From a virus: a stretch of DNA of 48,444 nt. The stretch covers positions 1 to 48,444 of the IMG/VR virus record IMGVR_UViG_3300045988_154943, one strand, 5' to 3'. A model generated the notes under the pieces. It did no database searches and had not been told where the DNA came from. It saw nothing but the letters and a program-made list of their open reading frames with translations. This document shows positions 1-8,672 of this stretch, piece after piece (the first letter of the stretch is position 1; every line of letters starts with the position of its first letter). A program made the translations under genes and the position numbers.

Positions 1-75
1 ATTTTTTTTTGATAATTTTTACCACAAAGTCTTTTAAACTCTTCAAGAGTATCGCTTTCTATACGCATAGTGAGA
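1..75. repeat. 75-nt exact terminal direct repeat (window positions 1-75 are identical to 48370-48444), indicating a circular or terminally overlapped contig
   Basis: Same 75-nt string (a, t9, gataatttttaccacaaag...catagtgaga) at both window ends. Confidence 0.9.
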
Positions 76-95
76 TTAGCGTTTAATTTTGCCAT
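1..95 (-). CDS. 5' part of a 65-aa ribbon-helix-helix (Arc/CopG-like) protein gene. ATG at 95..93, AGGAGG SD overlapping the integrase stop. The ORF continues across the circular junction to 48267
   Basis: Translation MAKLNANLTMRIESDTLEEFKRLCGKNYQKKIRDIMKAYVNKYSSIEKKEQELRDKSLNVESYLK; N-terminal beta-strand plus two helices typical of the RHH fold. Confidence 0.55.
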   Translation of the reverse strand, partial: MAKLNANLTMRIESDTLEEFKRLCGKNYQKK

Positions 96-107
96 ATAAT
101 GTTCCTC

Positions 108-1055
108 CTAATCAAATAGTATATTACTAACATTATATTCAAGTTTGTTATTATCCCTAACACATTTATTAATATATCTTTGTGTGGTAACTGGGCTTAG
201 TTGATGAAGAGTGTCTTGAATAGTTCTTACATCTGCCCCATTTTGATAAGCAATAGTAGCAAAACTTCTTCTAAGGCTATGACATGATACTCTATTTTCA
301 TCTATGCCATTGTCTTTGAATATTTTTTTGATTATACTTCTAATGGTTTTATTAGTTACTCCTTGTCCTTGACTATTGTTACTAGTAGATATAAATATAT
401 ACCCACTACTTCTATTACCAATATAATTATAAAGGTCATCTATAACCTTAGGAGATAACTTATTGTATTCACTTTCGTCATCTCTCTTTTTACATTTTAT
501 AAACAATACAACTTCTCCATTGTAAGCCTTTATGTTTTCTATTTTTGCAGTAGCGATTTCGTTTGCTCTTAAACCAGTTGAACAAGCAAGACTAAATATT
601 GCCTTTTCTCTAAGGTCTGTTATGTTGTTATAAATATCCTTTAACTTGTCAGTAGATATGATTTGAGTTTTAGGTAGTGCAGAAGTTTTAACACTCTTAA
701 CATCTTTAGTAATATTTTCGTATATGCCATTTAACTCTAAATACTTAAATAAAGCCCTTACTGAGGTCATATAAGTATTAATAGTATTAATAGTCATACT
801 ACTCTTTAATTCGTCTCTATAAGCCTTAAAATCAATTCTAGTAGGGTTATTTATATTATGTTTTTTTAAATAAGCCATAAAATTCAATATTCCTACTTTG
901 TAAGCCTTTAATGTTAACTCGTCTACGTCAACATATTCTTCAAAACTTTCCTGTACTTTGGATAAATCTAAATCCTTGAATATAATTTCGTTTTTCATTT
1001 TTTTCTCCTCTTTCTTTACGTTCAATATTGTAACACATTTCATTATAAATGTCAA
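108..1055 (-). CDS. int: tyrosine site-specific recombinase / phage integrase (XerC/D-like)
   Basis: C-terminal catalytic motifs GLRANE...CHSLRRSFAT...LHQLSPVTTQRY (R-K-H-R-H-Y); SAM-like N-terminal domain. Confidence 0.9.
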   Translation of the reverse strand: MTFIMKCVTILNVKKEEKKMKNEIIFKDLDLSKVQESFEEYVDVDELTLKAYKVGILNFMAYLKKHNINNPTRIDFKAYRDELKSSMTINTINTYMTSVRALFKYLELNGIYENITKDVKSVKTSALPKTQIISTDKLKDIYNNITDLREKAIFSLACSTGLRANEIATAKIENIKAYNGEVVLFIKCKKRDDESEYNKLSPKVIDDLYNYIGNRSSGYIFISTSNNSQGQGVTNKTIRSIIKKIFKDNGIDENRVSCHSLRRSFATIAYQNGADVRTIQDTLHQLSPVTTQRYINKCVRDNNKLEYNVSNILFD

Positions 1056-1074
1056 TACAAATTAAAAAAGAATA

Positions 1075-1323
1075 CTATTTCTTAGTACTCTTCTTCTTAT
1101 TTGCTTTTGCTACTTCCTTTTCTAGTTCTTTCATGGCTAGGTCAGAAAGCATATTTGTTAATTCATCTAATGATTTGTCTAGGTTTTCTTTTGCTTCTAA
1201 AACTTGCTTCTTAGCAGTCTTTCTACCTATCATGTTATCAATGAAACTAATGATTATTGATATTAAAGCAACAATACCAGTTAGATATAAGCAAACCATA
1301 AATATATCTTTTAAGATTTCCAT
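1075..1323 (-). CDS. small membrane-anchored coiled-coil protein
   Basis: One N-terminal TM helix (LYLTGIVALISIIISFI) followed by charged coiled-coil; good spacing to int. Confidence 0.4.
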   Translation of the reverse strand: MEILKDIFMVCLYLTGIVALISIIISFIDNMIGRKTAKKQVLEAKENLDKSLDELTNMLSDLAMKELEKEVAKANKKKSTKK

Positions 1324-1338
1324 AACTTCTCCTTTCTA

Positions 1339-1728
1339 TTAGAATGGCAAATCGTCCATATAGTCGCTTTGGCTACCATCTAATTCATTTATATCAAAGC
1401 CCTCTTTGGACTGATTATACTCGTCAAATGCACCACTATCAATGTTAACTATCTCGTATTCAGCGATAAACAAACTCCATTGTACATCATAACTATTTCT
1501 AGGCTTATATCCATTCTCAAACATATCAATTATTTTTATTTGAGTTCCATCTGGAATGTCTGTATCTTTGGGGAAAGATAGTTTCTTTTCAAGATGAATT
1601 TCAGTGCCATCTTGAAGTTTTTGTCTAACAGAAGTGCTATAGAAAGTATATTCTCTAACATCTTTTCTGTTGACAGTGATAGTGTCTCCTAGCATGATTT
1701 TATAAGGTCTCTTTACTTCTTCTTCCAT
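1339..1728 (-). CDS. hypothetical protein with SSB-like acidic C-terminal tail (possible single-strand DNA-binding protein)
   Basis: C-terminus ...SDYMDDLPF resembles the SSB DDDIPF partner-interaction tail; sits in the replication/recombination module. Confidence 0.3.
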   Translation of the reverse strand: MEEEVKRPYKIMLGDTITVNRKDVREYTFYSTSVRQKLQDGTEIHLEKKLSFPKDTDIPDGTQIKIIDMFENGYKPRNSYDVQWSLFIAEYEIVNIDSGAFDEYNQSKEGFDINELDGSQSDYMDDLPF

Positions 1729-1973
1729 TATTCTTCATCTCCTGTAATTATTCCTAAAGCCATTTGAAGTCTTTTTTCTAGTGTGAATAAATAATCTTCC
1801 ATACTAGATAATTGCTCTCTCATTGTGCTTATTTCTAATTTTTGAGTTTGTGAACAAGTATCTTCTATTTGCTCTAGTTGGTCTAAATATAGCCTTAGTT
1901 TAGTCTTTCTAATCAAAAGTTCAGAATATTCTGTTAGTAATCTTTGATTATGTAATTTTTTATCTACTTCCAT
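1728..1973 (-). CDS. hypothetical coiled-coil protein
   Basis: ORF with ATGA overlap to neighbour, coding-like composition. Confidence 0.4.
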   Translation of the reverse strand: MEVDKKLHNQRLLTEYSELLIRKTKLRLYLDQLEQIEDTCSQTQKLEISTMREQLSSMEDYLFTLEKRLQMALGIITGDEE

Positions 1974-2188
1974 TAATCTTCCAACTCCTCATAAAACTTA
2001 TTGTGCCTTTTATATACTTCTTCTTTGATGTCATCTATTTCTTTAAGTTTCTTAGAAAATTCATCTTTGTTAGTAGCATTATAAATTTCTCTATATCTTT
2101 TAGATAAACCATTGATTAAATGTGTAGTTTCAACATCTTTCATTGGGGTTTTAGTTCCATCACTTGATGTGTAATACTTTTCTTCCAT
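1973..2188 (-). CDS. hypothetical protein
   Basis: ORF, translationally coupled. Confidence 0.4.
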   Translation of the reverse strand: MEEKYYTSSDGTKTPMKDVETTHLINGLSKRYREIYNATNKDEFSKKLKEIDDIKEEVYKRHNKFYEELED

Positions 2189-2197
2189 AATAACCTC

Positions 2198-2473
2198 CTA
2201 TAATTTAATTTCTTCAATTTCTGCTCTTACTTCTAAAATATGAAGATAGTTACCCATAATTTGTTGTTGTTCTCTTAACATACCAGCAGGACAGTCATGC
2301 TTTGGGTTTTCCATTTTCTCTCTATTAACAAAATCCAAATGGTTATAAGCCTCAATTTTATTATTTAACTTCTTTAGTTTTTCATATCTAATTTTAGTTT
2401 GATAATATTCTGCTTTAAACCTTTCCTTGTAATCTTCACTCTCCATTAATTTAATTGTATCTTTTAATTCCAT
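2198..2473 (-). CDS. hypothetical protein
   Basis: ORF in operon context. Confidence 0.4.
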   Translation of the reverse strand: MELKDTIKLMESEDYKERFKAEYYQTKIRYEKLKKLNNKIEAYNHLDFVNREKMENPKHDCPAGMLREQQQIMGNYLHILEVRAEIEEIKL

Positions 2474-2474
2474 A

Positions 2475-2720
2475 TCATTTTCCTCCTTTGTATAAATGTT
2501 TATAGTCTATTTTGTTTTTAGTAAGCAATGCCTTTAACTTTCTAACTTCTTTGTCTTTGGTATCTAGTTTATCAGCAAATTCTTCACATTTAATACCAAG
2601 TTCTCTATTAGTATCTTCATATGTTTTGACTAAACCTTTAACTTCATTTAATTCATTGATAGCATTATTTCTCTCGTCAACAAGGTTTCTCCAATGTTCT
2701 CTAGTCACTATTTTTATCAT
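2475..2720 (-). CDS. hypothetical coiled-coil protein
   Basis: ORF in operon context. Confidence 0.4.
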   Translation of the reverse strand: MIKIVTREHWRNLVDERNNAINELNEVKGLVKTYEDTNRELGIKCEEFADKLDTKDKEVRKLKALLTKNKIDYKHLYKGGK

Positions 2721-2880
2721 TCTTTAACACCTCCCATTTCATAACCAAGGATACTCTACAACCATCTTCCTCATTTACTAGGCTTATAGTATCCATTGCT
2801 TGCATTAAGTTCTTTTTGATTAAGCCTTTATCTTTAATGAACTCATTTATAATTAAATCTATCATTTCACTTTTAGTCAT
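2701..2880 (-). CDS. short HU/IHF-like (histone-like) N-terminal domain protein
   Basis: MTKSEMIDLIINEF..GLIKKNLMQAMDTISLV parallels the HU N-terminus MNKTELINAVAEKADLTKKDAKAAVDAVFETITEA; start trimmed to the internal Met with GAAGAGG SD to avoid overlap with the upstream gene. Confidence 0.35.
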   Translation of the reverse strand: MTKSEMIDLIINEFIKDKGLIKKNLMQAMDTISLVNEEDGCRVSLVMKWEVLKNDKNSD

Positions 2881-3535
2881 TTTTTGCCTCTTCAAAATCT
2901 CTAACTTTTATTTTGACTATTATTCTGTTTCCATTTTCATCAAGTAATTCCACGCTAGGTCTAGCAACCAAACCCTCCATTTTAGCAACTCCAATTGTTG
3001 AATATGGTTTGCTCTTAACAAATTCAATTCCATCTTCTAAAGTGCCTTTGAAAAGTACTGGCACTGCTTCTATTCCAAAAGATTTAGCAATATTATTTAC
3101 ATTTTCTCTTGATAGATATTTTCCTCTTATCCATACATCAAATAGTATGAATGAGTTATCATCTCTATAATCTTTACCACATGCTTGTATTTTGTTACCA
3201 TAACCCTCGCCTATAAGTATTACTGGGTTACTTCCAAACTTTTGCTCAAACATTTCTTCATTTACTTCTCCACCAAATAATTCAATAAGTTTATTCATTA
3301 ATTGGCTAGGTATTGCTGCTTTATCGGTTCTACCATAGTAACTCACTTTATGTCCGTCCCAATAAATTCTAATATTTGTTCCATCTATCTTTTCCGTAAA
3401 ATCCCATGAGATATTTTTTAAAAATTCAATAGTTGGGTTTCTAAATTCACCATCTTTAAGTTTTTTTGTACCCTCATCTCTAGCAAAAAGTCCTTCAATT
3501 TTCTCATATTCTTTTATCATATTATTCCCCCTCAA
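2873..3535 (-). CDS. ATP-dependent RNA ligase-like nucleotidyltransferase (Rnl2 family, stand-alone adenylyltransferase domain)
   Basis: Motif I EKIDGTN (covalent lysine-adenylate motif KxDGxN), motif III-like FILFDVW, motif IV-like GEGYG, motif V-like EGLVARP..K. Confidence 0.65.
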   Translation of the reverse strand: MRGNNMIKEYEKIEGLFARDEGTKKLKDGEFRNPTIEFLKNISWDFTEKIDGTNIRIYWDGHKVSYYGRTDKAAIPSQLMNKLIELFGGEVNEEMFEQKFGSNPVILIGEGYGNKIQACGKDYRDDNSFILFDVWIRGKYLSRENVNNIAKSFGIEAVPVLFKGTLEDGIEFVKSKPYSTIGVAKMEGLVARPSVELLDENGNRIIVKIKVRDFEEAKND

Positions 3536-4076
3536 ATAGCCCTAGTTCTTTAAGACTGTATCTTTTCTCTAATTCCATGCCTTTATACATAGTATTTTTT
3601 TTGAAATATGGTAAACAAGTATATTCACTTTCTAATCTTATTTCAATAAACTCCTTTGTATAGCCTGATTTTCTAATAACATATTTCACCTTATCTCTAA
3701 AAGGTCTTATAACTCCCTCTAGGTATCTTTTTTCTTCTTCATCAAGTATTTCTGGTTTGCCAATATAACCATTTACTACATCAATTGTACCTGTGAAGTC
3801 ATTTGGTAACTTTTTGAAGAATGTGCCAGATACTTTTTTTTCAATTCTATTTAATGGTAAAATCATACCATCTTTTGTTTCAAAACATTTATAGTCGTCA
3901 TAGTGTAGTTCAAAACCAGTATTAGGTTGAATACAAAAATCTGATATTTGTACAATTTTTCCATCATAATTTGTTGATAAAATTGATTTTTTCAATAATA
4001 CTAAATCCCCCACTTTATATATTATCCCATTATAATTAAAATATTTACCAATTCTATCTTTATTAAAAATCTTCAT
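3522..4076 (-). CDS. hypothetical protein (start placed at MKIFNK with AGGAGA SD)
   Basis: ORF between ligase and MBL genes; the internal ATG has a canonical SD, the upstream ATG overlaps the MBL gene. Confidence 0.45.
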   Translation of the reverse strand: MKIFNKDRIGKYFNYNGIIYKVGDLVLLKKSILSTNYDGKIVQISDFCIQPNTGFELHYDDYKCFETKDGMILPLNRIEKKVSGTFFKKLPNDFTGTIDVVNGYIGKPEILDEEEKRYLEGVIRPFRDKVKYVIRKSGYTKEFIEIRLESEYTCLPYFKKNTMYKGMELEKRYSLKELGLFEGE

Positions 4077-4722
4077 TTTCTCTCTCCTTTTCTTTGTGTT
4101 CGTGACAATAAATATATCTGCTATTATCACTCATCATTTCCATTAAAAATTTATTTGTTTCTTCTTCACTCATATGTGAATTAAGTACTCTATACTCATA
4201 CACATATTCTGAATTTAACTCTTTTTCTTCTATTCTTTGTTTTAATTCTTCTTCACTATAATTTCTTTCTACGAAATAATAATCTAACCCTCTCAAACAG
4301 TCTAGATAATCTAACCTTGAAGTGTCTGTCGCATAATATACCCTTATAGGCTTTAAATTAATTAAATATGAAGTATTTGGTACATCATGGTATGTATCTA
4401 TAGGTTTGATAGTAAATAAGCCTAAATCGTATTCTTTTAAATTATCAAGAACGAAAATGTTTTTCTTATTTACTCCTAAGTTGATTAGTTCATCTACTAA
4501 CCAAATTCTACATATGAATTTTAATGTTGGTTTATTAAATGCCAATTGCTTAATACAATTCTTATTAAAATGGTCGGTATGGATATGTGTCAATAAAATT
4601 ATTTTTAGTTTTTTTACACAAGATTTAATCTTTTTATAAGAAACCCCCATATCTATTGCAATATAATCGTTTATAATAACGCAATTGCCAGATGAGGAGG
4701 AGGAAATAATATTATAATTCAC
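4063..4722 (-). CDS. metallo-beta-lactamase-fold hydrolase
   Basis: HxHxDH motif (LLTHIHTDHF), N-terminal SSSSGN beta-strand region; probable GTG start with GGAGG SD, because the longer ATG-initiated ORF begins inside the upstream HNH gene. Confidence 0.6.
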   Translation of the reverse strand: MNYNIISSSSSGNCVIINDYIAIDMGVSYKKIKSCVKKLKIILLTHIHTDHFNKNCIKQLAFNKPTLKFICRIWLVDELINLGVNKKNIFVLDNLKEYDLGLFTIKPIDTYHDVPNTSYLINLKPIRVYYATDTSRLDYLDCLRGLDYYFVERNYSEEELKQRIEEKELNSEYVYEYRVLNSHMSEEETNKFLMEMMSDNSRYIYCHEHKEKERENEDF

Positions 4723-5317
4723 AATACCTCCATATATATCCGTACGCTGTATTACAATGTTTTCTTTTTTTGCAACAACCAGTGATATTCCCACGTTTTT
4801 TAAAACCCAAAACTCTACATATCTCCGCAGAACTATTCCAAGTTTTAATAAAATTGCCATCTAAATCATATTGATTAATCTTTTTGCACCTTGAACCATA
4901 ATTATTATTATAAGCAACAGTACACCATTCTAAATTTACCACAGTGTTGTCTGTTTTAATTTCATTTTTATGATTAATACAGGGATAATTATTTGGATTT
5001 GGTATAAAGGCAGTTGCTACCAAATAATGACCTCTACTAGTTATCAAAGTTCCATTTAATGACAAACCCATTTTTACATATCCATCTTTATCAAAACTAC
5101 ATTTAAGTATCTTTTCATCAACATTTTGTTTTCTAATATACCTGCAATATTTATTTGCTGCTTCATATTTTATTTCTCTCTTTAACGACATAACTCTACC
5201 GTAATTAGATATTTGATATATTCCCTCAAATCCAAGTATGTCTTTCCATATTTCATTCTTTAATGGAGTTAAATCCAACCATCTTTCACTATTTGGTTCA
5301 ACTTGTTCAAATTCCAT
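4712..5317 (-). CDS. free-standing HNH homing endonuclease with NUMOD4 motif
   Basis: GFEGIYQISNYGRVMS (NUMOD4), INHKNEIKTDNTVVNLEWCTVAYNNN (HNH); C-terminal basic DNA-binding tail. Confidence 0.85.
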   Translation of the reverse strand: MEFEQVEPNSERWLDLTPLKNEIWKDILGFEGIYQISNYGRVMSLKREIKYEAANKYCRYIRKQNVDEKILKCSFDKDGYVKMGLSLNGTLITSRGHYLVATAFIPNPNNYPCINHKNEIKTDNTVVNLEWCTVAYNNNYGSRCKKINQYDLDGNFIKTWNSSAEICRVLGFKKRGNITGCCKKRKHCNTAYGYIWRYCEL

Positions 5318-5318
5318 T

Positions 5319-6140
5319 TTATACCTCGTCTAAACTTTTTGGTTTCTCCTCTGTTGGTTTTTCATAAATAGTTGCTTCGTTTACTATATTGCCTTTACTA
5401 TCTACTCTACTAACTGAAATTTCGTCACTTTCAATAACTTTTCCTAGTATAGCATTTATTCTACCACCAAATAATGTGAATAATTCTTTTGCAAGTTCTT
5501 TAACAACTTTAGTTTTAACCATTTTAGTTGGCATTGAAGTCCAAGGGCTAAATGTAGTATTTGCACTTGGTGATACTCTTTTAATGCTATCTATGTCAGC
5601 CTTACTCATACATATAGTTTTTTCAAACCCATTAGCAAATTTTATATAAGCATAAGCATATTCAATATCATCATATTTATCACTTGTTGTCTTTGGTGTA
5701 TGTATTAATTCCTCGGTTACTGGATTAAATTTAAATTCATCTCCTTTGAATACAACATTGTTAGTAAATCTTACTATTTCTGCTGGTTTGATAAGGTCAA
5801 TTACTTTAAACCAACCCTCTTTTTTTCTTATGATTACTGGTTTGCCTTTGAATGGGATAATATCATAGTCATTCCCTGCTTCACAACCTACCATTGCCTC
5901 TTTAAGAACTCCATATAACATTTGCATTTTAGATGTTCCGTCCATCTTCATTAAATCTTCTCTATTTGCTATATAAAAACCTGCACTATTCTTAATTCTT
6001 TCTACTGCAATATTACTTGGTAATAATGAGTTGTTTTTTAATACTAGTTTCCCAATAGCATTTTCTATTCCAGACTGGTCAATTATTTGAATATAATTTT
6101 CCTCTTCTTTTTTTACTAATTCATTCTTATCATTTGTCAT
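5319..6140 (-). CDS. recT: RecT-family single-strand annealing protein
   Basis: C-terminal SPWTSMPTKMVKTKVVKELAKEL matches the RecT signature PW..H..EMAKKTAIRRL.KYLP; size and position in the recombination module. Confidence 0.65.
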   Translation of the reverse strand: MTNDKNELVKKEEENYIQIIDQSGIENAIGKLVLKNNSLLPSNIAVERIKNSAGFYIANREDLMKMDGTSKMQMLYGVLKEAMVGCEAGNDYDIIPFKGKPVIIRKKEGWFKVIDLIKPAEIVRFTNNVVFKGDEFKFNPVTEELIHTPKTTSDKYDDIEYAYAYIKFANGFEKTICMSKADIDSIKRVSPSANTTFSPWTSMPTKMVKTKVVKELAKELFTLFGGRINAILGKVIESDEISVSRVDSKGNIVNEATIYEKPTEEKPKSLDEV

Positions 6141-6379
6141 TATTTTCTATTTCTCTCCTTTCTTGTTTTATTTTTCTCTTGTTTTTCATGGTCTTTGTCT
6201 ATTTTTTCTATTCTTTTTGTGTATTGCCTAATAAAACCATATAATTTTTTATCTGATAACTCTGGGTTGTTATAATGAACTATGCTTATTAATCTAGCAA
6301 TAGCAATTACGGCTTCTTCTGCACTACTATGTTCAAAATGGGCGTTTACTTTCTCTTTATCAACTTCAACTTTTATCAT
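6140..6379 (-). CDS. hypothetical protein
   Basis: ORF, ATGA-coupled. Confidence 0.4.
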   Translation of the reverse strand: MIKVEVDKEKVNAHFEHSSAEEAVIAIARLISIVHYNNPELSDKKLYGFIRQYTKRIEKIDKDHEKQEKNKTRKERNRK

Positions 6380-7215
6380 TTGTACTCTATCTCCTTTTCT
6401 TTCATAAATTCTTTTAATTCTCTTAGTTTAGTTCTAGTAGCCTTAACTGTGAAAGTTATTTCAAGTTCTTCCTCTTCAACTACTTCAACTGGTTTAATAA
6501 TCTCTTCAACTTTCTCCACTACTTTTTCTTCTTCCTTAACAACTTCTTCAACTTGTTCAAGTTTTTTCTTTAAGGCTTCTTTCTCTTTGTTTCTGTTAAC
6601 GATAGTTAGTCTAGCATTAACATAATCAAAACCATTCTTTTTGTATTCAAGAAGTATATCTTCTTTAAACTCCTCAGAAGCAATGCACATCATATCGTCA
6701 CTAATCTTTTTGCAGAATTTAAGTATTACTTCTTTAAGACTTTTTTCTGTGTTTGTTAAGTTAATCTTGATAGGTACTTGGTCTATGTTAGTTATTATTT
6801 CTTCGATATGATAGAACTCTCTATATTGGTCTAAAAACTCAATTAAGTTATTTCTCTTTTCTTGAATTTGTTCCATCTCAATGTCTTTAACTTTTGTATC
6901 TAAAGTATCAATGCTATTATCAAGTAACCCTTTAATTTTTTTGTTATAATAATCTTCAAACTCTTCGTAAGGCTTATTAATTTCTTTTTTAATTTCTTTT
7001 CGTTTGTTTTCAAAACCAGTTTTCATTGCTCTTAGCATTTGAACATTCTTTTTAACTTCTTGTTTATTTTCTTCTGTACATTCTATTAAGTCAATGTCTT
7101 TAGTCATGTTAGTAATAATTTTACTTGCCACATCAAGTTGAGAAAATATTTCAGGCAATTGCTTAACTACTACTAAATCGTTAATATTAATATTATTTTC
7201 ATTCTCTTTCATCAT
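6376..7215 (-). CDS. acidic coiled-coil protein (possible DUF1351-like recombination-associated protein)
   Basis: 279 aa, glutamate-rich C-terminus; position upstream of RecT as in many Firmicute phages. Confidence 0.4.
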   Translation of the reverse strand: MMKENENNININDLVVVKQLPEIFSQLDVASKIITNMTKDIDLIECTEENKQEVKKNVQMLRAMKTGFENKRKEIKKEINKPYEEFEDYYNKKIKGLLDNSIDTLDTKVKDIEMEQIQEKRNNLIEFLDQYREFYHIEEIITNIDQVPIKINLTNTEKSLKEVILKFCKKISDDMMCIASEEFKEDILLEYKKNGFDYVNARLTIVNRNKEKEALKKKLEQVEEVVKEEEKVVEKVEEIIKPVEVVEEEELEITFTVKATRTKLRELKEFMKEKEIEYK

Positions 7216-7235
7216 TTACCTCCTCTAGTAATTTA

Positions 7236-7264
7236 ATTATATAATTACTTATTACACTTGTCAA
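7236..7264 (-). promoter_or_regulatory. consensus sigma-A-type promoter (TTGACA-17-TATAAT) for the recombination operon
   Basis: Minus strand TTGACAagtgtaataagtaattaTATAAT, about 14 nt upstream of the GAGGAGG SD of the 7215 gene. Confidence 0.6.
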
Positions 7265-7409
7265 TACATTTAAACTTTTTTAAAAGAATTTTAACCATTT
7301 TTTTATCTTTCAATTTGTAAGAATTATCTTTCTTACAAGCAAGATAACCCTCCATAAGCATTCTTTGTGTAAATTTTAATTCGTTATCTTTTAAAACTAT
7401 AATTTTCAT
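7245..7409 (-). CDS. small hypothetical protein (54 aa) not in the ORF track
   Basis: ATG with GGAGGA SD, overlaps the DnaB 3' end out of frame and fills the gap to the next gene: MKIIVLKDNELKFTQRMLMEGYLACKKDNSYKLKDKKMVKILLKKFKCIDKCNK. Confidence 0.3.
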   Translation of the reverse strand: MKIIVLKDNELKFTQRMLMEGYLACKKDNSYKLKDKKMVKILLKKFKCIDKCNK

Positions 7410-8670
7410 TTATTTCCTCCATTCTTTGACTTTCTTTTAAGTATTTTATTTTAAAACCTATATTTCTTGCTCCTCCTCTACATTTAGGAACTAATATTTT
7501 TATTTCTTTTTCAGGGGAAGTGTTTTCTTTATTCTCATCATGTATTAGCATAATAGTATCTGCACTTTGTTCAAGTTCTCCACTATCTTTTAAATCTTGC
7601 ATAGTAGGTATATCACTACCATTCCTGTTGATTTGTGCTATTAAGAAAATAGTTACATCATAATCTTTTGTTACATCATTAAGCATTCTTGTTATTTCCC
7701 CAATTCTATCTTTATCACTTTGCCCTGCTTTGTAAGAAACATAACCAATGTAGTCAATGAATACTATTAAATGTTCTTCTTTTTGTTCTTTAATAATTTT
7801 ACTAATTAAACTTTTAATATTTTTACTCCCATTGACTATTTCATAGTTAAGTTTGCAAATATCTTCAATGTTTTTTCTAACTAGGCTATCTTGATAATCA
7901 GTTTCAGGGTTTATAATTTTTGCTATTTTAATTCTACTATGTATTCCAATTATCCTCTCATAAACTTCTTCTTTAGTCATCTCCATATTGAAATATAAAC
8001 ATTTGTAAGTACTTGCTAAATCAACAAATAAATTAAGTGCTAATGCTGATTTTCCCTCACTGGGTCTCGCAGCAATTATGTTAATTGTATTCTTTTTGAT
8101 TTTAAGTTTTTGATTAAGCATATCAAATCTATTGAATTTAATCAATTTGTCTTTGCCTCTAATTAACTTAAGTATTTCATCTGGAGTTAATTTATTATGT
8201 GTGTCTTTAACAACTAAATTTTCTTTTTCCAATTCTTTTATTTTTAAAATGAAATCTTCTGATGAAATTTTATTTGCTTTATATAATTCAGCATACTCGC
8301 TTAGTTTTTTGTCTATGTATATTTCTTCAAGCCTTTCTTGGTATTTATAAAACATTGAGAAATTTGCATAAGTAAGTGAATGATTAATAACATAGTCCAT
8401 GTATTTACTTTTCATATCTTCGGTAGGTAAGTATGTAAGTGCAATATCTAAGTCTAAAGTTTGCCTTTTAGCATAAATAATTTTCATAAAATGTAAGACT
8501 TTCCTATTTTCAGGATTTAAGAATACACACTCTTCAATGAAAAGTTCTTTAATTAATTCGTTTTTTGTTAAAATCATTGCAATGACAGTACTTTCTAAGT
8601 CCATGCCATATAAAGAACCTGTTTCATATTCTTTTACGATTTCATAATCTCCAACTTTAACATTGTCCAT
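7384..8670 (-). CDS. dnaB: replicative DNA helicase, DnaB family
   Basis: Walker A ARPSEGKSALALN, Walker B LIVFIDYIGY, IFLIAQINR and LKDSGELEQSAD motifs of the DnaB RecA-like domain. Confidence 0.9.
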   Translation of the reverse strand: MDNVKVGDYEIVKEYETGSLYGMDLESTVIAMILTKNELIKELFIEECVFLNPENRKVLHFMKIIYAKRQTLDLDIALTYLPTEDMKSKYMDYVINHSLTYANFSMFYKYQERLEEIYIDKKLSEYAELYKANKISSEDFILKIKELEKENLVVKDTHNKLTPDEILKLIRGKDKLIKFNRFDMLNQKLKIKKNTINIIAARPSEGKSALALNLFVDLASTYKCLYFNMEMTKEEVYERIIGIHSRIKIAKIINPETDYQDSLVRKNIEDICKLNYEIVNGSKNIKSLISKIIKEQKEEHLIVFIDYIGYVSYKAGQSDKDRIGEITRMLNDVTKDYDVTIFLIAQINRNGSDIPTMQDLKDSGELEQSADTIMLIHDENKENTSPEKEIKILVPKCRGGARNIGFKIKYLKESQRMEEINENYSFKR

Positions 8671-8672
8671 AA

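Noticed and set aside
1-75. 75-nt terminal repeat as attL/attR duplication of a linear prophage
   Set aside because: The repeat coincides exactly with the window boundaries and a gene reads continuously across it. Assembly overlap of a circular molecule is more parsimonious, though not excluded without host flanks.
1049-1342. 97-aa plus-strand ORF overlapping the int start and the 1075-1323 gene
   Set aside because: Antisense to a better-supported minus-strand gene. Hydrophobic low-complexity translation.
4723-4860. Long ATG-initiated version of the MBL gene (4063..4860)
   Set aside because: That ATG lies 150 nt inside the upstream HNH gene. A GTG with a perfect GGAGG SD immediately after the HNH stop gives a protein starting at the conserved MBL N-terminal strand.
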